Part shown: piece by piece, positions 1 through 14,500 of the stretch
Numbering within the stretch: position 1 is the stretch's first letter
Layout: the number at the start of each line of letters is the position of its first letter
Source: Phoronis australis
Taxonomy: Eukaryota > Animalia > Phoronida
Length of the DNA stretch: 64,000 nucleotides
Direction: 5' to 3'
Assembly: GCA_002633005.1 (NCBI GenBank)
Contig: NMRA01000125.1
Coordinates: 394,413-458,412 of the forward strand
Made by a program: the position numbers and the translations under genes
Notes under the pieces: generated by a model
The model's database searches: none
The model's input: the letters and a program-made list of their open reading frames with translations, nothing else
Told to the model about the DNA's origin: nothing

Positions 1-1889
1 AATATGGCTGACGCGATCCAAACAAAGTGACCCAAATTTCGCCACAAAACTTGCAATAACTTTACACTGCTTGCCCCGCTTTTGATACTTTTTCGATTTT
101 TACTGAGTAGAATGCACTACCTTTCCGATGATAGCAAAGTACTTTTTCAAAACGAGAAAAAAAATACAACCGAAAAAAATTGGTTCGACTCATATTGGTT
201 CCTAGGTTCGACCGGCCTACGTAAGGAACTAAACACCAATGCTATTTAACAAACTAAGTACGCGTAACATTCCAAAAAAAATCAACGACCACTGACTACA
301 AACTATATATACAGTACATATGCAACGAATCACGAGATATTACTAAAAAAAAAACAAAATAATGAAGACTTTTCGAGCAAGCGATAGCACATTCAGTTAC
401 AAGGAAAAAATGGCGGCGTTCAGGACAAGTTCCTGAACTGATGAGCCGGAAATGTGGGTACGGAAATAACCGATGACAACCGGTAATCATACGCTCAGAG
501 AGAAGGGTGAAATACTGTTCAAAAATCGCTTTTGGCAAGAAAGGCGAAAAGAACATAAAGAAATGGTGTCGAAAATAAGATTTTATGTAGTAAGTATTTT
601 CGCGATACTGGAACCACATGGGCAGTTTGAGAGAAGGACTTTAAGGAGATTCGGTCGCAGATGCAAAAAACAAAATCGCCGCTAGGGGGCAACTCAGTAG
701 TCGGACTCGTCCGAACGTTATCGTCAATCGTGGCCTTCTCATCATCAGCAACACATCTGAAATTTTTGGTAATGACCTTTTGATCGGCCGGACGCCCACA
801 CAGAGATAACGACAATATGCATCGGCATATAAATATGTGGGCCACCTGGGCCACCGGCAAGTCAACTTCTACTCGCCCAGCACCATTTTTACTCGCATTG
901 GCGACTGGGTGAGTGGCTAAGTATATCCCTGGGAAGGATACCGACGAGTTGGAATTGGTACGTTCAGCGCACTGCACAGTACACCACCTCAAAGCCGATG
1001 ACCGCTCACGAGGTTTTATCAGTGCGCCTCGTTTTCGATCAGTATTTAAAGATGGCGCGGGAAGATGGCGCTTTCGTGAAATAGGTGAATAAAAACGGTG
1101 GGTGTTATAGTTAACAGGTTATACCTTCAAATTTGGAGGAGCTAACCGGCTGCAGATTGACTCAACAAAAGTTTCACGTCATTGAACAAGTACATGATTG
1201 TAAATGTGTTTACACATTAATTGATACAAAACAAAATAAACATAATAATACCAAATGAAAGTGTCAGTTCAAAGTGTAACCAAAATGAGTAGCCTGTACC
1301 AAATGGCAGAAATGATAATCAGCTATCACGGTCAGCCTACTAAGCTGGGAAATAATCGGAAAACTTGCACAAAAAACCCTGCGCTGACACCGCTAACGAA
1401 AACCTGGTAACACAATTTCCGTAAGTTTGATGATCACAGACAGCACAACCCCACTGAGAATGTTAAAACATTGAGGACAGACAACTTCGCAGCCAACTGG
1501 TGAAAAAGGATGCGACTTTTTCAACTCAGTGCTTCTCGGGTCCGGCTACCCGTCCTTATATATAGCCGGCTTGTTCTTCAACAAATCTTCCCATTGGCAA
1601 TTGCTGATAAACATTGATCAACAATTCTTTTCTGGTTGTTAAAGCGATTGGAAATCGAAAATCCTCACCGGAATGCCGCGGGCTCAGTTTTAGGTCAGCC
1701 CGAGTATCCTGGGAAACAAGTTTGATTGGGAAGGTGTCCCAGCTAGTAAGTAGAAGTTCCTTGAACCACCCCTTTATGTAAAACAATTGATTTAAGTAAA
1801 CGTCAAACATTTTGTAATTTTAAGCCTTTGATGTTAATTAATTTTGTAGCAGTATAGTTTTTGCATTTCCGTCGAAGTGTCTTGAGTGC

Positions 1890-2275
1890 CCCATCTGTTC
1901 CGAATTTGCTCTAATCTCCAATGAGATTGTATCTACGACTGGGCTGTGCTGTTAAAAATAAAAGACGAAGTTACAACATATTTGAACATAAACCAATAGC
2001 ATTTCTGAAACCTTCGTCAAATGGTGATCATGTTTAGTTTTTGAATCGCCAAAATCGCCCAACTGCAACCGAGTTACGACAATCTCGTTACCAATTCACC
2101 GAGTTTGACTGTGTTCACACGTGGTCTGTAATAAGCCTGGCAGATAATTGGCTTGCTTGTCATAACAGATAAACGACTGCACTTGGCAGTTAACAAAGAA
2201 GCTAGATGTTATCACACGCTCAGAACCCCTTACCGGTACGTCTGGTAAAGTCACTGAATGGGAAACGCTGACAGA
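1890..2275. repeat. Interspersed repeat, copy A (inverted relative to copy B at ~32175-33440)
   Basis: By eye, the reverse complement aligns block by block with 32175-32470 and 33363-33440 (e.g. gactgggctgtgctgttaaaaataaaag, gtctgtaataagcctggcagataattgg, gtaaagtcactgaa). Ends are approximate. Confidence 0.75.
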
Positions 2276-4491
2276 TGGTCTGCTAAAAGGGCAAGCCTGA
2301 CCTACGCCTTTAACGACCTACACGACAACTGAGGGAAAAACACCCACCAAGGACATAGATGGGGAGTATGAGATTTTAGTCAATTGATTCCTGCCTTTAT
2401 ATTTCCAAGATTGACATCAAAGATGCATTAGCAGGTGACAGAACGAGGATGGGCTGAAATCATCAAAACAGGGTTTAGTATCATTTTAACTCATTACTAA
2501 TTTGATACAAAACCAGTGCAATAAATGATCCTGCTGGTAAATACTAACTTACTCAACTCGGACAATTCTTCAATACAGCGAAAAGTCACCACTTACAAAA
2601 GTCATCATGACGCAATGAGTGGCCAGGAAATTTATTTCCCGTGACATCGGAGTCCCAATATAGACTAAGAGGTCTCCCCATTGACTTGTCATTCAGAGAG
2701 TCATCTAACAAACTAACACTGACAACGATAAGAGTCACATATAAAAGTTTATTACGTGGTACCCCAAGTCGCATCCGAAGGCCGACAAAACCGCTAACTG
2801 AAAACAAGGGTTCATTGCAGAAATCATGACAGAACTCAACAATCGATGTGATGGCACTTAATGAGAGAACACTCGTAGGGCCGTTGCAGTCTTCACCCTA
2901 GTAAGACCTACAGGGGTAGGACAACCAATGGTAGCGAATTTGAAATTTCTGTGAGTACTTTATCATCTCAAGTAACTACAGTAACACATGGAACCGCATG
3001 CCGATCCGATTTATTACATTCGCTAATAAAGATTCCACAAATCACAATAAGTCAACAGTATCACTCTTGATTATACTGAATACAAGTTGACTAGGTCACA
3101 ACCAACTTTGGTTACAACAAACGTTTTACAAAATTACTATACGAAAGTTGTTAGTGTCCGCTGCTGAGTGGTTCAATAATTACAAAAGGTCGTTCTAATT
3201 ACAGAAATAGGTTGAGAGTGCTTATGTACATGAATAAATATCAAGTTATTATTTAGAAACCATTCCACTATTGCACAACAATAGCTGCACTAGTGATTGA
3301 CTTAGCTGGTTACACCGACTGAAAAGGGTAAGGCATCTGATTGGTTCATGATGATGTCTTCTGGAGTGCAGATCAGTCTTAGCTAATTGTATGACCCAAC
3401 CAACTGGCATAGTCAATCAAGTGCCGCCAATCAAATTTCAATTGCTTTGGCACACAATTAATGATGATCCTGATTGAAGAAAATTGCGATGGTCTTAAAA
3501 AGTTGACAATTGTCCAACAAAATATTTGCATTCAGCACATTAAAATAGTTTGTCTGTTTTGATTAACACCAAGAACATGATTCCTGACTTGTTCAACTGG
3601 ATGTAAATTTCTAAACAATTTGTGAATCCTTGGTACTTCCAAGCACTGAATGTCCTTTCTATGCTGCCACTTACCATAAGACCAGGGTCTATTTCATGAA
3701 AAATGACATGAATTTTTCATTTACAGTCCATACATTGAACTATTCCTGAAAAATGATTTTATTTCACTGTAGCAAAAGTACAGAATCACTGAAAATATAT
3801 CCATGATAACTAATGTTCAGAATTATGACAAAAATCTTGCCAGTTTCGAACAAAATCAATCAAAATCACCAAATTTGAATGCTCACAAATTTTCAAAATT
3901 TTGTCTCATAAAAGCTGAAGTACAAAACATGATCATGAAAACACCTAATTTTAGTGTTACATACCTTTCATGGAAAACGACTGAATAAAATTTAGTCCTA
4001 AACTAGCAAGACTTTACTGTACTTATAAATGTTGATGAGACACTAATTACAAGCCAAATACTGTATTCAGTAAAGTAAAGTAAAGTGGGAACACAAGCCA
4101 GAATTACTGACTTTTCATAAAGCAGACCCCTGAATTAGCAAAAAGAACTCCGCAAAAACTGTGCAATCCTCGAAATTATAAATATTCATTTCTCAGGCTA
4201 AGAAGAATTAAGCTGAAGGCTACAATTTAAAAACTTATTTTGCTCGGATATCAGTCCCAATTAACATAATAGTCCTCATCTGTAATAAACCAACTCACTC
4301 CTCTATCACATCTCTATACTTACACCAATACAAAAATACAACATGTGCTAATGAAAACAATACTGACACAATATCCATACAATTAAGTTATTTAAAAATA
4401 CAATAATACACAATAGAGAAGATAACATAGCATATCTTGCATTATTTTATTTATAATATTCAACTCGACAAAAAACCAGATAGCATAGATG

Positions 4492-5500
4492 TTAACAGAT
4501 GGAGTCCCTGTTTAGATTTCTTGGTTTGAACGGTTTTTGAGGTTTCGGTCCAGCAAACGATTGACTTTTCGACATTGATGGTTGTGCACTACTGAATTTG
4601 GCTGCCAAAGCAGCCACACTTGATTTTACCTGCGGCTCACCTATATTGTCATAGCTAGTCTCACTTTGAGTGTTCCCGTTTGGCAAATTTTTCGGCTGTT
4701 GTTTTTGTTGTTGGGTCTTTTGCTGACTGCCAACACCCTTTGCAGACTCTATGTCATCATAGACATTACCACCACTAGATTCGCCAATCTCGGCATAAAT
4801 ATCGTCTAATAAACTGGTACAGTTGCAAGTGCTCAACTCATAGTGACCTGTGTCGCCCTGGGGAATGGGATCCAAAGATGGCTGCTTACTCTGGAATCTT
4901 TTCGCTGGTGGGCTAGGCCTCACAGGGGGTCCCTTGGCTGCTGGACTAACAACTTTCTTGATTGAGCCTGGTGTTGAGTTGTCAGTTTTTGAGCAATTAA
5001 TCACAGGTGATTGTTTACCATCTTTTAGTTTTGCAATTCCAACATTGGCGTAACACGGCTTTCCTGGAGGAATGGGAGGAGCAGCAATATTGTCTTTAAC
5101 ATGATCTGCAGAGGAAAATGAACTACTTTTCCTGACTGGATTTCCTTGAGCCCCTGGGATTTGTTGAGATTTGATCTGTGACAGTGGTGCAGCAGCCATA
5201 GACAGTGGCCTGGGTGGAGCAACACGGCGATTGGCGGGAGGCGGATTGGCAGGAAGAGGCGGGGCTTTCTTTAACACCGCGTAAGGAATCACTTGAGCCA
5301 ACTTAGTATCTGAGGTTTCGTTGGTAGTGCTTGTCAGCATTGGCTGGGAGATTTCTTTGTTGCGGAAACTTTCGCCCCTCGCCGGTGGTGCTGAGGGGGC
5401 GGGTCTTTGTGGTCTGATTGGCGATCCAACTGCAGGTTTAGGCGCAGCAGGCCGGGGTGGGTTCGATCTTGTTTCTGTTTTCACAGAGCGAGGTGCTTGC
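4492..5500 (-). CDS. ADAM exon 19 (last coding exon): Pro-rich cytoplasmic tail
   Basis: Acceptor ttatttttag|G CAA GCA CCT, phase 2, matching the exon 18 donor. Open frame to TAA at 4492. Contains many PxxP motifs and several Tyr motifs. Confidence 0.9.
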
Positions 5501-8500
5501 CTAAAAATAAAGAATTTTGAATTAGTTCTTTCAAAATGACATGTCGTCATGCCAACTCGTTAAAGTAGACAATGGCAAGCCAATGAGTCAGTCAGCAATC
5601 CACAGCCATTCTTCATGTTTACACTGTTAATAACGAAAAATGTCCTGTATTTAATCAATGTTGCATATCGGAAAACTTGCTCCCGAAATACAGCCATGTT
5701 TACACAATGAATGTTGCCAGCCACAAAAATAATGGCTACTAGAGACTACTTACCATCCATAAGCCATGTAACTTACTGTAGCAGTGAGACTATTTTTACG
5801 CGATATTCAAATAAACAAGCACTACCAAAGTACATCAGTAACGAGTTGTCTTTCTGGTGCATCAAGTATGATAAGTCTTCCTTGAGCCAATACTAACCCA
5901 GAGACCACTTGAGCACTCCACACACTGCTCACCTCTTGCTGAAGACTTCTAATTATTGAAGGCCAGCGGACACAATACGATTTCTCATTGATAACAATGT
6001 TGGCAATAAAAATCATTTCGTGTGTGCTGGTTCAGTCGACACGACAAAATATCACTGATAAACAGTCACGACACATGTCGATAAAGAATCGTAACTGGCA
6101 TGCTGGCTTTACTCATTACATTTACACAAAATCCAAACTGACTATAGTACACTTAACACGTACTGATACTTCCTGCCCAGTGTTCGGCTGATCCAGTATT
6201 TCTTTATCTTCTCCCGGTGGTACCATGAACAGAACAATGTGAGTCCAAGTAATGGCAGAACACAGAGGAACAGGACCAGCATGGCCACAGTCACCGAATC
6301 CAAACCTATAAGCACAACTATAACAGAAGGTCATGTGTAAACAGTCAAAGGAACAAACCAGAGAAGCTATAACAAAGCCATAGCTATCCCTGTTAGTTGC
6401 AGTGAGCCAAGGGTATCAGCATGACAAATGTATGGCCATCTATGCACAGCCAGTCTTTTTGTTAGAGATAGCTACATCAACAGTGGCCATCTATGCACAG
6501 CCAGTCATTTTGTTAGATAGCTACATCAACAGTGGCCATCTATACACAGCCAGTCTTTTTGTTAGAGATAGCTATATCATCAGTGGCCATCTATACACAG
6601 CCAGTCTTTTTGTTAGAGATAGCTACATCAACAGTGGCCATCTATGCACAGCCAGTCATTTTGTTAGATAGCTACATCAACAGTGGCCATCTATGCACAG
6701 CCAGTCTTTTTGTTAGATAGCTACATCAACAGTGGCCATCTATACACATCCAGTCTTTTTGTTAGAGATAGCTACATCAACAGTGGCCATCTATGCACAG
6801 CCAGTCTTTTTGTTCGAGATAGCTATATCATCAGTGGCCATCTACGCACAGCCAGTCGTTTGGTTAGAGATAGCTAGCTCAACTGTGGCCATCTATGCAC
6901 AGCCAGTCTCTTGTTAGAGATGGCTACATCAACAGTCAGTCTTTTTTAGAGACAGCTATGTCAAATGTGAGTCGTAGCGTTTTGGTACCCTAAGAAAATG
7001 TTCAACACTTAGGTAAAATCTTTTAAGTTCATTTTTTGATAAGCCCTTATGTAAGATTGGAACATTTTAAACATTCCTAATAGCAGTTTGGAGAGCATTT
7101 CATAAAGCACAGTATGTGAAAGGTCCATATGATCTGATCAGCAATTCCGAGATGACGTTTGGAAGTTGGCTCACGGACATTTTACTAGGGTACTACATAA
7201 CCCTCAGGCAAGTTTTGCAGCAGGTCATGGTGCAGTATTGATGGAATAGCTCACAGCTGTGACCAAGCCAAACCTAGCCAACTACTGAGCCGGTTTTTCG
7301 AAGAGTTTACAGTAATTTGTCACTTATTTAGCACAAAAATAATCACCAAAATTGTCAATTTTCCATTTTTCAAAGGCTGATTACTTTGTAGAAAATTATA
7401 AAAAAGCTTTAAATTACCAAATGTTATTTTATTACATTTGCACACTACAAAGTAAGCTAACAACAGACTAGCAGTTTCTTAATATCTATTCCTCTTGAAA
7501 AATTTGACAAAATAAAGTTTCCCTTGTATGCCATATTGTGTGCTAAATAGGTGTTTAAGATTTACCATATTGGTTTCTTTTTCCACTGTAGTCAAAAGTC
7601 AGAAATCTAGAAACAAATAGCCAGACTACTGATTTCTGTCTCTCGACTTCGAGTAGTTGATTGATTTTCTTACTTTCAGTCTTAGCCCGATTTTCGCGAA
7701 ACAGGCTTACCCATTCAGACTGAGTTTTAACCGAAAGAAAAAGACGACCCTTCGAAAATCAGGCATGTTACACCTACAAGCGGCAGACCAAAAGGCAAAG
7801 GGTTAATGCTTGTATGTGCTTGGTGTACCTCTGTCAAGATACACATCAATTGTCACGGTAACCACACCTGCAGAGATAGAAGCCACAACATGCGCCGGGT
7901 TAGTAATGCAATAAACAAAGGAGTCAAGGCTAATCTTACTGCTACTATGGTAACACTCCACTTATTTTGCACGAAAACAATTGCCAAAATGGTCATTTTT
8001 CAATGTTTCAAAGGCTGATTACTTTACTGTAAAAAACAGGAAGTTTACCAAAAGTTGTTTCATGATATCCACTTAGTACAAACCAACTTAGTAATAGACT
8101 AATTTCATCTAAATTCAGCGGAGGAACTTGACAAAACATAATTCCCTTTGTCAGCCATGTTGTACACTAAATAAGTGAAGAATTACCTTTAGTTACTACA
8201 GGTAAATATTCTCCAGTTTGGGACAATCACTAAAACTTGGGACATCAAAATTAAAGCTGAAATTGAATTTTCTTGGTTCCAAAGATTAGGCCATTGACCA
8301 TTTCGTAGTTCACAATATTTCTGAAATATCGGACTGTAAGGTCTGTATCAACAGAACAATACAGACTTGGCAGTTCATAAAATCATTTGAATATAGCTGT
8401 TGACGAAAAGTTTTCATGCGTCTCTATAGCATGTAACATCAAAGTGAATGATTGCTCTTTGTTGATCGTAATTCTTGAATGTGAGACAAACTTTGAAGAC

Positions 8501-11500
8501 TTTTTTCTATACATTGCCAATTATATTAATGACTGGTAGAAAGTTTAAGGTTCTCACTCATATTGACTTTTCATTTTCTACGAGTTCCAGGAATTCACAT
8601 TTCATGAGTTATGTTTCCCAAACAGAGAATGCCCAGTAATTTTCTTTAAATCACCATAATTAAATGGATTCTTTTTCTAAATCAGGGTTTCTATATATTA
8701 TCCAATAAAATTTCCATGAGCTTTTATTATTTTCATTCTCTATGAGTTTTCCATGCATGGAATTACGTTTCCACAGATTTTAAGTGATGACCAGAGAGCC
8801 TGGAATTTGAGAAGCCTGAACTTTGCTTTGGACATCAGGGTAAACTCGGGTTGATTAATTTACTAACCAATAAAGTCTGAGTTAAGAGTACTTTATGTCA
8901 GTAATTATGCATTTCATTTAAAGACCTTTTAAAGCAATTAAATACTGAATTTGAACACAGACAAGGGGTTTCCATGCAATTGTCATCTAACTCAGAGTCA
9001 GAGTCAATTCAAACTGGACAACAGATAGTTCAGAGGCCATTGAAATCAATTGCAATTCGAGGGGTAAGCTACACACTGAAATTTAATGCAAAAAATTTTT
9101 TTAAAAAATGATTTTCATTTGAGTTTTGATAAAACTGCCTACCTGTTGTCTGCACAATGAAGCTAGCTCCAACTGAAGATTAACAAGGTCAACAACTACC
9201 AAGTGCCCAACTTGGGTAACGCACCGAAAAAGCGCGTGGCAGTGAAAGGGTTAAAGTAGAACAGAAAATGTCAAAAATAATTTGAATGTCGAGTTCAAAG
9301 TCAGAGACGTAGACCCAGGGCTCAGATCTGGACTGAGACTTATAACTCCCTTACATAAACCAACCTAATGGTTGATGATAGGTTGATAGTAATGACTCCA
9401 TAATGAATGGTTATGGTTGCTTTACTGCAACATCAGTAAGAATCTGCAGATTACCTTTAAACACAGTAGCCGGTCCACTCTCAAGGCTGCCTCCCGCGCC
9501 CTCGGAGTTACAAAGAGGCGGGGCAAAGCCGATGTCACAGTGACAGCTACCCACATTATTACACACCTGAAGAATAACAAGTTATTACATGTTATAAAAC
9601 AAGTATATAAATATTACAAAAACTTGCCAATACAACACATCCAACAGTAAGTACAGTAAATCACCTTGGGTCACATGTATCCCTTTCTGAACACCCACAC
9701 TTGGCTAAGCGCCCACCACCTGAGAATTTTAACTACGAAAAGGTACTTAATAACCTTTGGCTAACAACATTCCACTTCATTGGCACATTGCCAAATTCGG
9801 GTGAGAAAACCCATTTTTTACAGAAGATGGGAGATGGTTCTTTAGGCTCATATGCATTCTAATATTTCTGTATTCCTGTGCAAAAGAACGGTGGAGGCGT
9901 TACTGAATCAAATATGTCAGGTAAATGCTTAAAAAATTTTGCAACACCCATGCTTGGCTTGTACCCAGCCCCCAGATTTCCTTAATTTCATTTAAAGCTG
10001 GCCCAGGTATTGAACTGGGCAATTGCAGTGCATAAATGTCCCAATAGTCACACAAATCTTGAACATAAGATGTACATGTCTTGAGTAATGGCATTGTTTA
10101 GACTGATTTCGAGTCACCTACGGAGACACAATGGGAAATTTTTACATTAATTTTATTTTTGAAGCATGAAGAAATAAATGACACGCAAGTGGTCCAACAT
10201 GTTCTTCTTAAGTCAAACCAAAAACAAAAATGGTGGAGAAACTGAGTACAAAAATTGTAATCATGGTGTCCATTTTAATAAAAAATTATAGTAAGTTGTA
10301 ATACGGACACAACCAGCATATGCACTTTTATCTCTTTAAACCCTATTTGCCAAATTTTCAGATTTTAATCTGCATCATGCGAAATTTAAAAATAAATGCA
10401 TTGCCAATTGAATCACCTACCCCATGATCACTGCAATTCTTTAGACATGTTGGAATATTCAGAGACTTAACAGAGCGACACCTGTGGTTGACACACATCT
10501 GGAATAAGAATTCATTGGAGTTAGAGTGCAATCAATTCAGGACAAAAATATAAAATCTCAACAATTTCGGACATAAGAAATTGCCAAAAAAATGCCATTT
10601 TTGGTTTTTCAAAAACTAACATGATTGTGTATTCCCACTATTTTCCAAACTTTGTCCGATGATAGCTCTGGTACAGAACTTGAATATAGTGTTCAAAGCA
10701 TTTCATTTGATGTTGCATATACTGCTTAGAAAAAAGGATCATAGAAGAAAATATCACTTGGTTGAATCTGTGCACAGGCCCATGGTTTACATAGAACAGT
10801 CTCTCATTTAAGTTCACACCTGATGAACCCAACATCTGTAAGTTTGATTTTGTTCAGCAACTCTCGAGATTGAACTTGAGTTTGTAGCTTAAAACTAGGA
10901 AGTCACCAAGAATGAACTTGGATTACTGTTTCCGTAAAGCACAATGCATTCGAGCACAACATCAAGACGCATGTCTTGCATTCATAATAAAGATAAGATC
11001 TCAAGAACAGGTTAATTAGGATTTCAATATAATTTCCCAATGGCAGTTAATGAAACAGACATCATAAGAAACTTAAGTCTTTTTCACTGACAACACAGTG
11101 AATTTCAGTTTGCTTCAAATCCAAACACAGAAGCTACTAAAATCAGATTTATTGTTTGGTTTCTACTACTTTCATGAAGTGAACAAGAAATTTTATTGTA
11201 GCTTCACACCTCGTTATCACCACATGAGCTGCCATCTGGCACCATACCTTGTTATCACCACATGAGCTGCCATCTGGCACCATACCAGGATCAACCATGT
11301 TCAAACCCACATCCAAGATGGCCGCTCGACAGACGAAACTGCCTCCATTTGGATTTAATGGAAAGAGACGCGGCAGACCTTTGACCAGTGAATCACGCCA
11401 AAACATCAACTTTTCGTTAGTGTGAATACAGTGTAACATTCCACACATAACATCCCTGTAAGAAGAGTAGAAAAAGGTCATTCAAAACAGTCGACTCATG

Positions 11501-14500
11501 TTCCTGGCTGCTGATAGGGAGATTTTAAAAGGGAACTGTAATTTATTCTGAATAAATTCTGGATAGTTTTCTATGAATTGTTGATTAATTTCACAAATAA
11601 TTCAACACCAAAAATTAAACTTATATTCTCTAAAGAAGCTAAAAAAATTACCGGCTTGGAGCGCTGCTTAGTCTCGTGACGTATTTGGCGGGGGCAAAGT
11701 CACTGTCCTGTGTTAGCGTGCAATCAAGTAGCGTTCTTCATATTGTCGGAATAAGAAATTTTAGTGTGAAATGTCGGGTCACCAGGGATACCTGTTTGAG
11801 CCGAGGCAACACAAAGTGATACCCAGTCATCGTCATCGTCAGACGAAAATTTGCCGGTGCAACTGGTGTCAGTGACTGTGCCGAGGGCAATGTGGACTCT
11901 AGCCATCCANNNNNNNNNNNNNNNNNNNNNNNNNNNNNNNNNNNNNNNNNNNNNNNNNNNNNNNNNNNNNNNNNNNNNNNNNNNNNNNNNNNNNNNNNNN
12001 NNNNNNNNNNNNNNNNNNNNNNNNNNNNNNNNNNNNNNNNNNNNNNNNNAAAAAATAAGGACGATTGATACAATGATAAATTACGATGTAAACTCTTCAA
12101 ATATGACATAAGCAATGAATGTGTAAAACAGCCGATACCCCGCCGTTCACGTCACTGACACATCAGCCAATCAGCGATCGCTTTCAGAATTCAGTGTTTT
12201 GACCATGAATTCGAATTGACTTTAGTTTGGCACACAAGTCAGGCAAATGTGAGTTTTATTTGTATGTTAGAACCGATTAACTGCAACATTATTTTGACTA
12301 CAGTCCCCTTTTAAACATCAAGAGCATTCATTTAAGGTTACAATGATCTAAATCAAAAGTTTTGTGACAGAAGGTTGCAAATCTCTTTTTGAAAATCCTT
12401 GAATAAACAACTTTGTAAATTCAATCTTGCTTAAATAAAGGATTTACAAACATAAGTTGAATTTACAAATAAGTTGTTCATTCTTTAGAGCCATGTCATA
12501 ATTCCGTCAATGTGTTTCCTCTCTAACCCTAAAGCAACCAATTTCTCAGCTCTTTCTACACCACAGTGTTCTCCCAGGCATACCATTTGTCTCACACTTT
12601 TGGCTTAGACTAAAAGCCTGATATGCATCAAAAGAATGGCATGATATAACTCTAACTCACTCCTCATTGCATTTATAGAAGGTATCATTCAGCCAGTTGT
12701 ATCCACAGTTTCCATTCAACGTTCCCCTCATGTTTTCCTCGAAACAGATCCTACTGGACATCTTGCCACTTGGTCCCCACAGTAACTTGCACCTCTCTGT
12801 GGGCGTATTGCACTGGCCTTTATAACAGTGAGACTGCAACTGTATGACATTTCTGGTGATTTGGCATTTACAAAGAACAGAGAACACAGAATAACCCCAA
12901 ACACAAGCAACATCAAGTGAAGCAAATGAAAATTAATAAGCCGGAGAATTAACTGACTCTAGTGATAATAAGTTGTATATAAGTTATACTTTGGTATGAA
13001 GAGGCAGTGTGGCCTGGTTGATAAGTGCCCGCTTTCTTTACTCGAGGTCGTGGGTTCGAGTTCCACTAGGTCACACTGCTAAACCCTTGAGCCAGGTTTC
13101 TAGCTCCTCAGCTCGGTTTTAACTATATATTAATAAAGCATAAAAATATTTCCAGGTAATCAGTGCACTGGGCCCACATGCGAGGCCTGCGCACGTCTGG
13201 TACAACGTGTATCAGACTGCCTGCAATTGTTTTTTATATACTTTGGTATGCTGTTGTACCTGACTGTTCTAGTTTAACAATACTTGCAGGGGCAAGAGAA
13301 GAAGGGAATGTTACTGTATATTTCACATCACAACGATTTAATATATTCCCTTACCAAGAACGCGAAGAACGATGATGATTTCGTTAAGTTTTCACTTAGT
13401 AAGTTCTTGAAACATGACAGCTACTATACGAAAGATGCACGGTCAGTTAAAAAAGGTTAGGCTAGCTAGACAGGTGAACATACAAACAACAGGTCTGGGT
13501 TCTATCACAAACTCAATATGAAAATTAGAGAAAAAAGTTTTATAAGACATCTTAGTACTTACCCCAGCCTCTGAGCAGACTGTTCCATCTTGTTTGTAGT
13601 AGTCACCAGGGCAGAACTCTGACTCCCCATTACAGTATTCTGGGAGGTCGCACTCACCGTGTGAATCTCTGCACACTGATGCTTCAGCTTTGAACTAGAA
13701 CGCAAGAATCAGAATAAAATGTCCAACAACTGGTTTCTAATTCTCGAATTGAAAACTCAAACTTTTTTTTACTGGAAAATTTTACAAGACTGCCATGTTT
13801 TGAGTGCATACTGTAGGTTGGCTTGTGTACTTTGTTTCTGACAAAAATATCTGGCCATACACACCCCTTATAAACAACCAATGGAAGTGCATAGTTTACC
13901 TTGGTTGACTTCCACTCATACTGTGAATTCGTTTCCAATGAGTTTTTCATATTATTTCCATTCATAGGTGGATTTAGGGGGGGGGGACTGGGCACCCCTT
14001 TGAATGCCGCAAGCAAAATGAAACAACAACAGTGTGAAGCATGAGGAAATATTGAGTTCAGGAGCTAAGACCGGTAGCGGACGGAGGGGGAGGGAGAGGC
14101 TCAGATGTCGATGCACGTTCCCATTTCTTTTTTAAGTCCACTGTTAGATTTTCTGAAGATAAGGTCAACGTCCTTGGCCCCCGCAACTTTTGGGCCGCTT
14201 GAGTGCATACAATCGCACTTTGCCAATTCCCCCGAGGGTGTTGGGCCCCCCTTATGGTATCCTAGATCCGCCACTGCCATTACACACGATTTATTTTCAA
14301 AAATTAGACATGTAGTAATTTCGGAACTCACAACATGACTCGCAAAATGAACTATGTTACTTTTTATTTACCTTATGGAATTTCCCCTTTTTTAATTTCC
14401 AAGAGTTCTCTTATCTTGGAAATCAATTGGTCATTTCTCAGATTTTCCATGACCGGGGCCACACCCGGCCACAACACTAATCCTTACCTGACATGTCTCC

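Noticed and set aside
1-231. Possible right end of a DNA transposon (ends ...cctacgtaaggaacta)
   Set aside because: The other end lies outside the window, so TIR and TSD cannot be verified.
5933-6026. Possible extra cytoplasmic cassette exon (ccag|...CAAGAG|gtgagc)
   Set aside because: It would end in phase 0 while the last exon needs phase 2, and exon 18 already joins exon 19 in frame. A role as a tail-truncating exon cannot be excluded without RNA data.
6402-6917. Four overlapping plus-strand ORFs with repeated peptides
   Set aside because: By-products of the 51-bp minisatellite.
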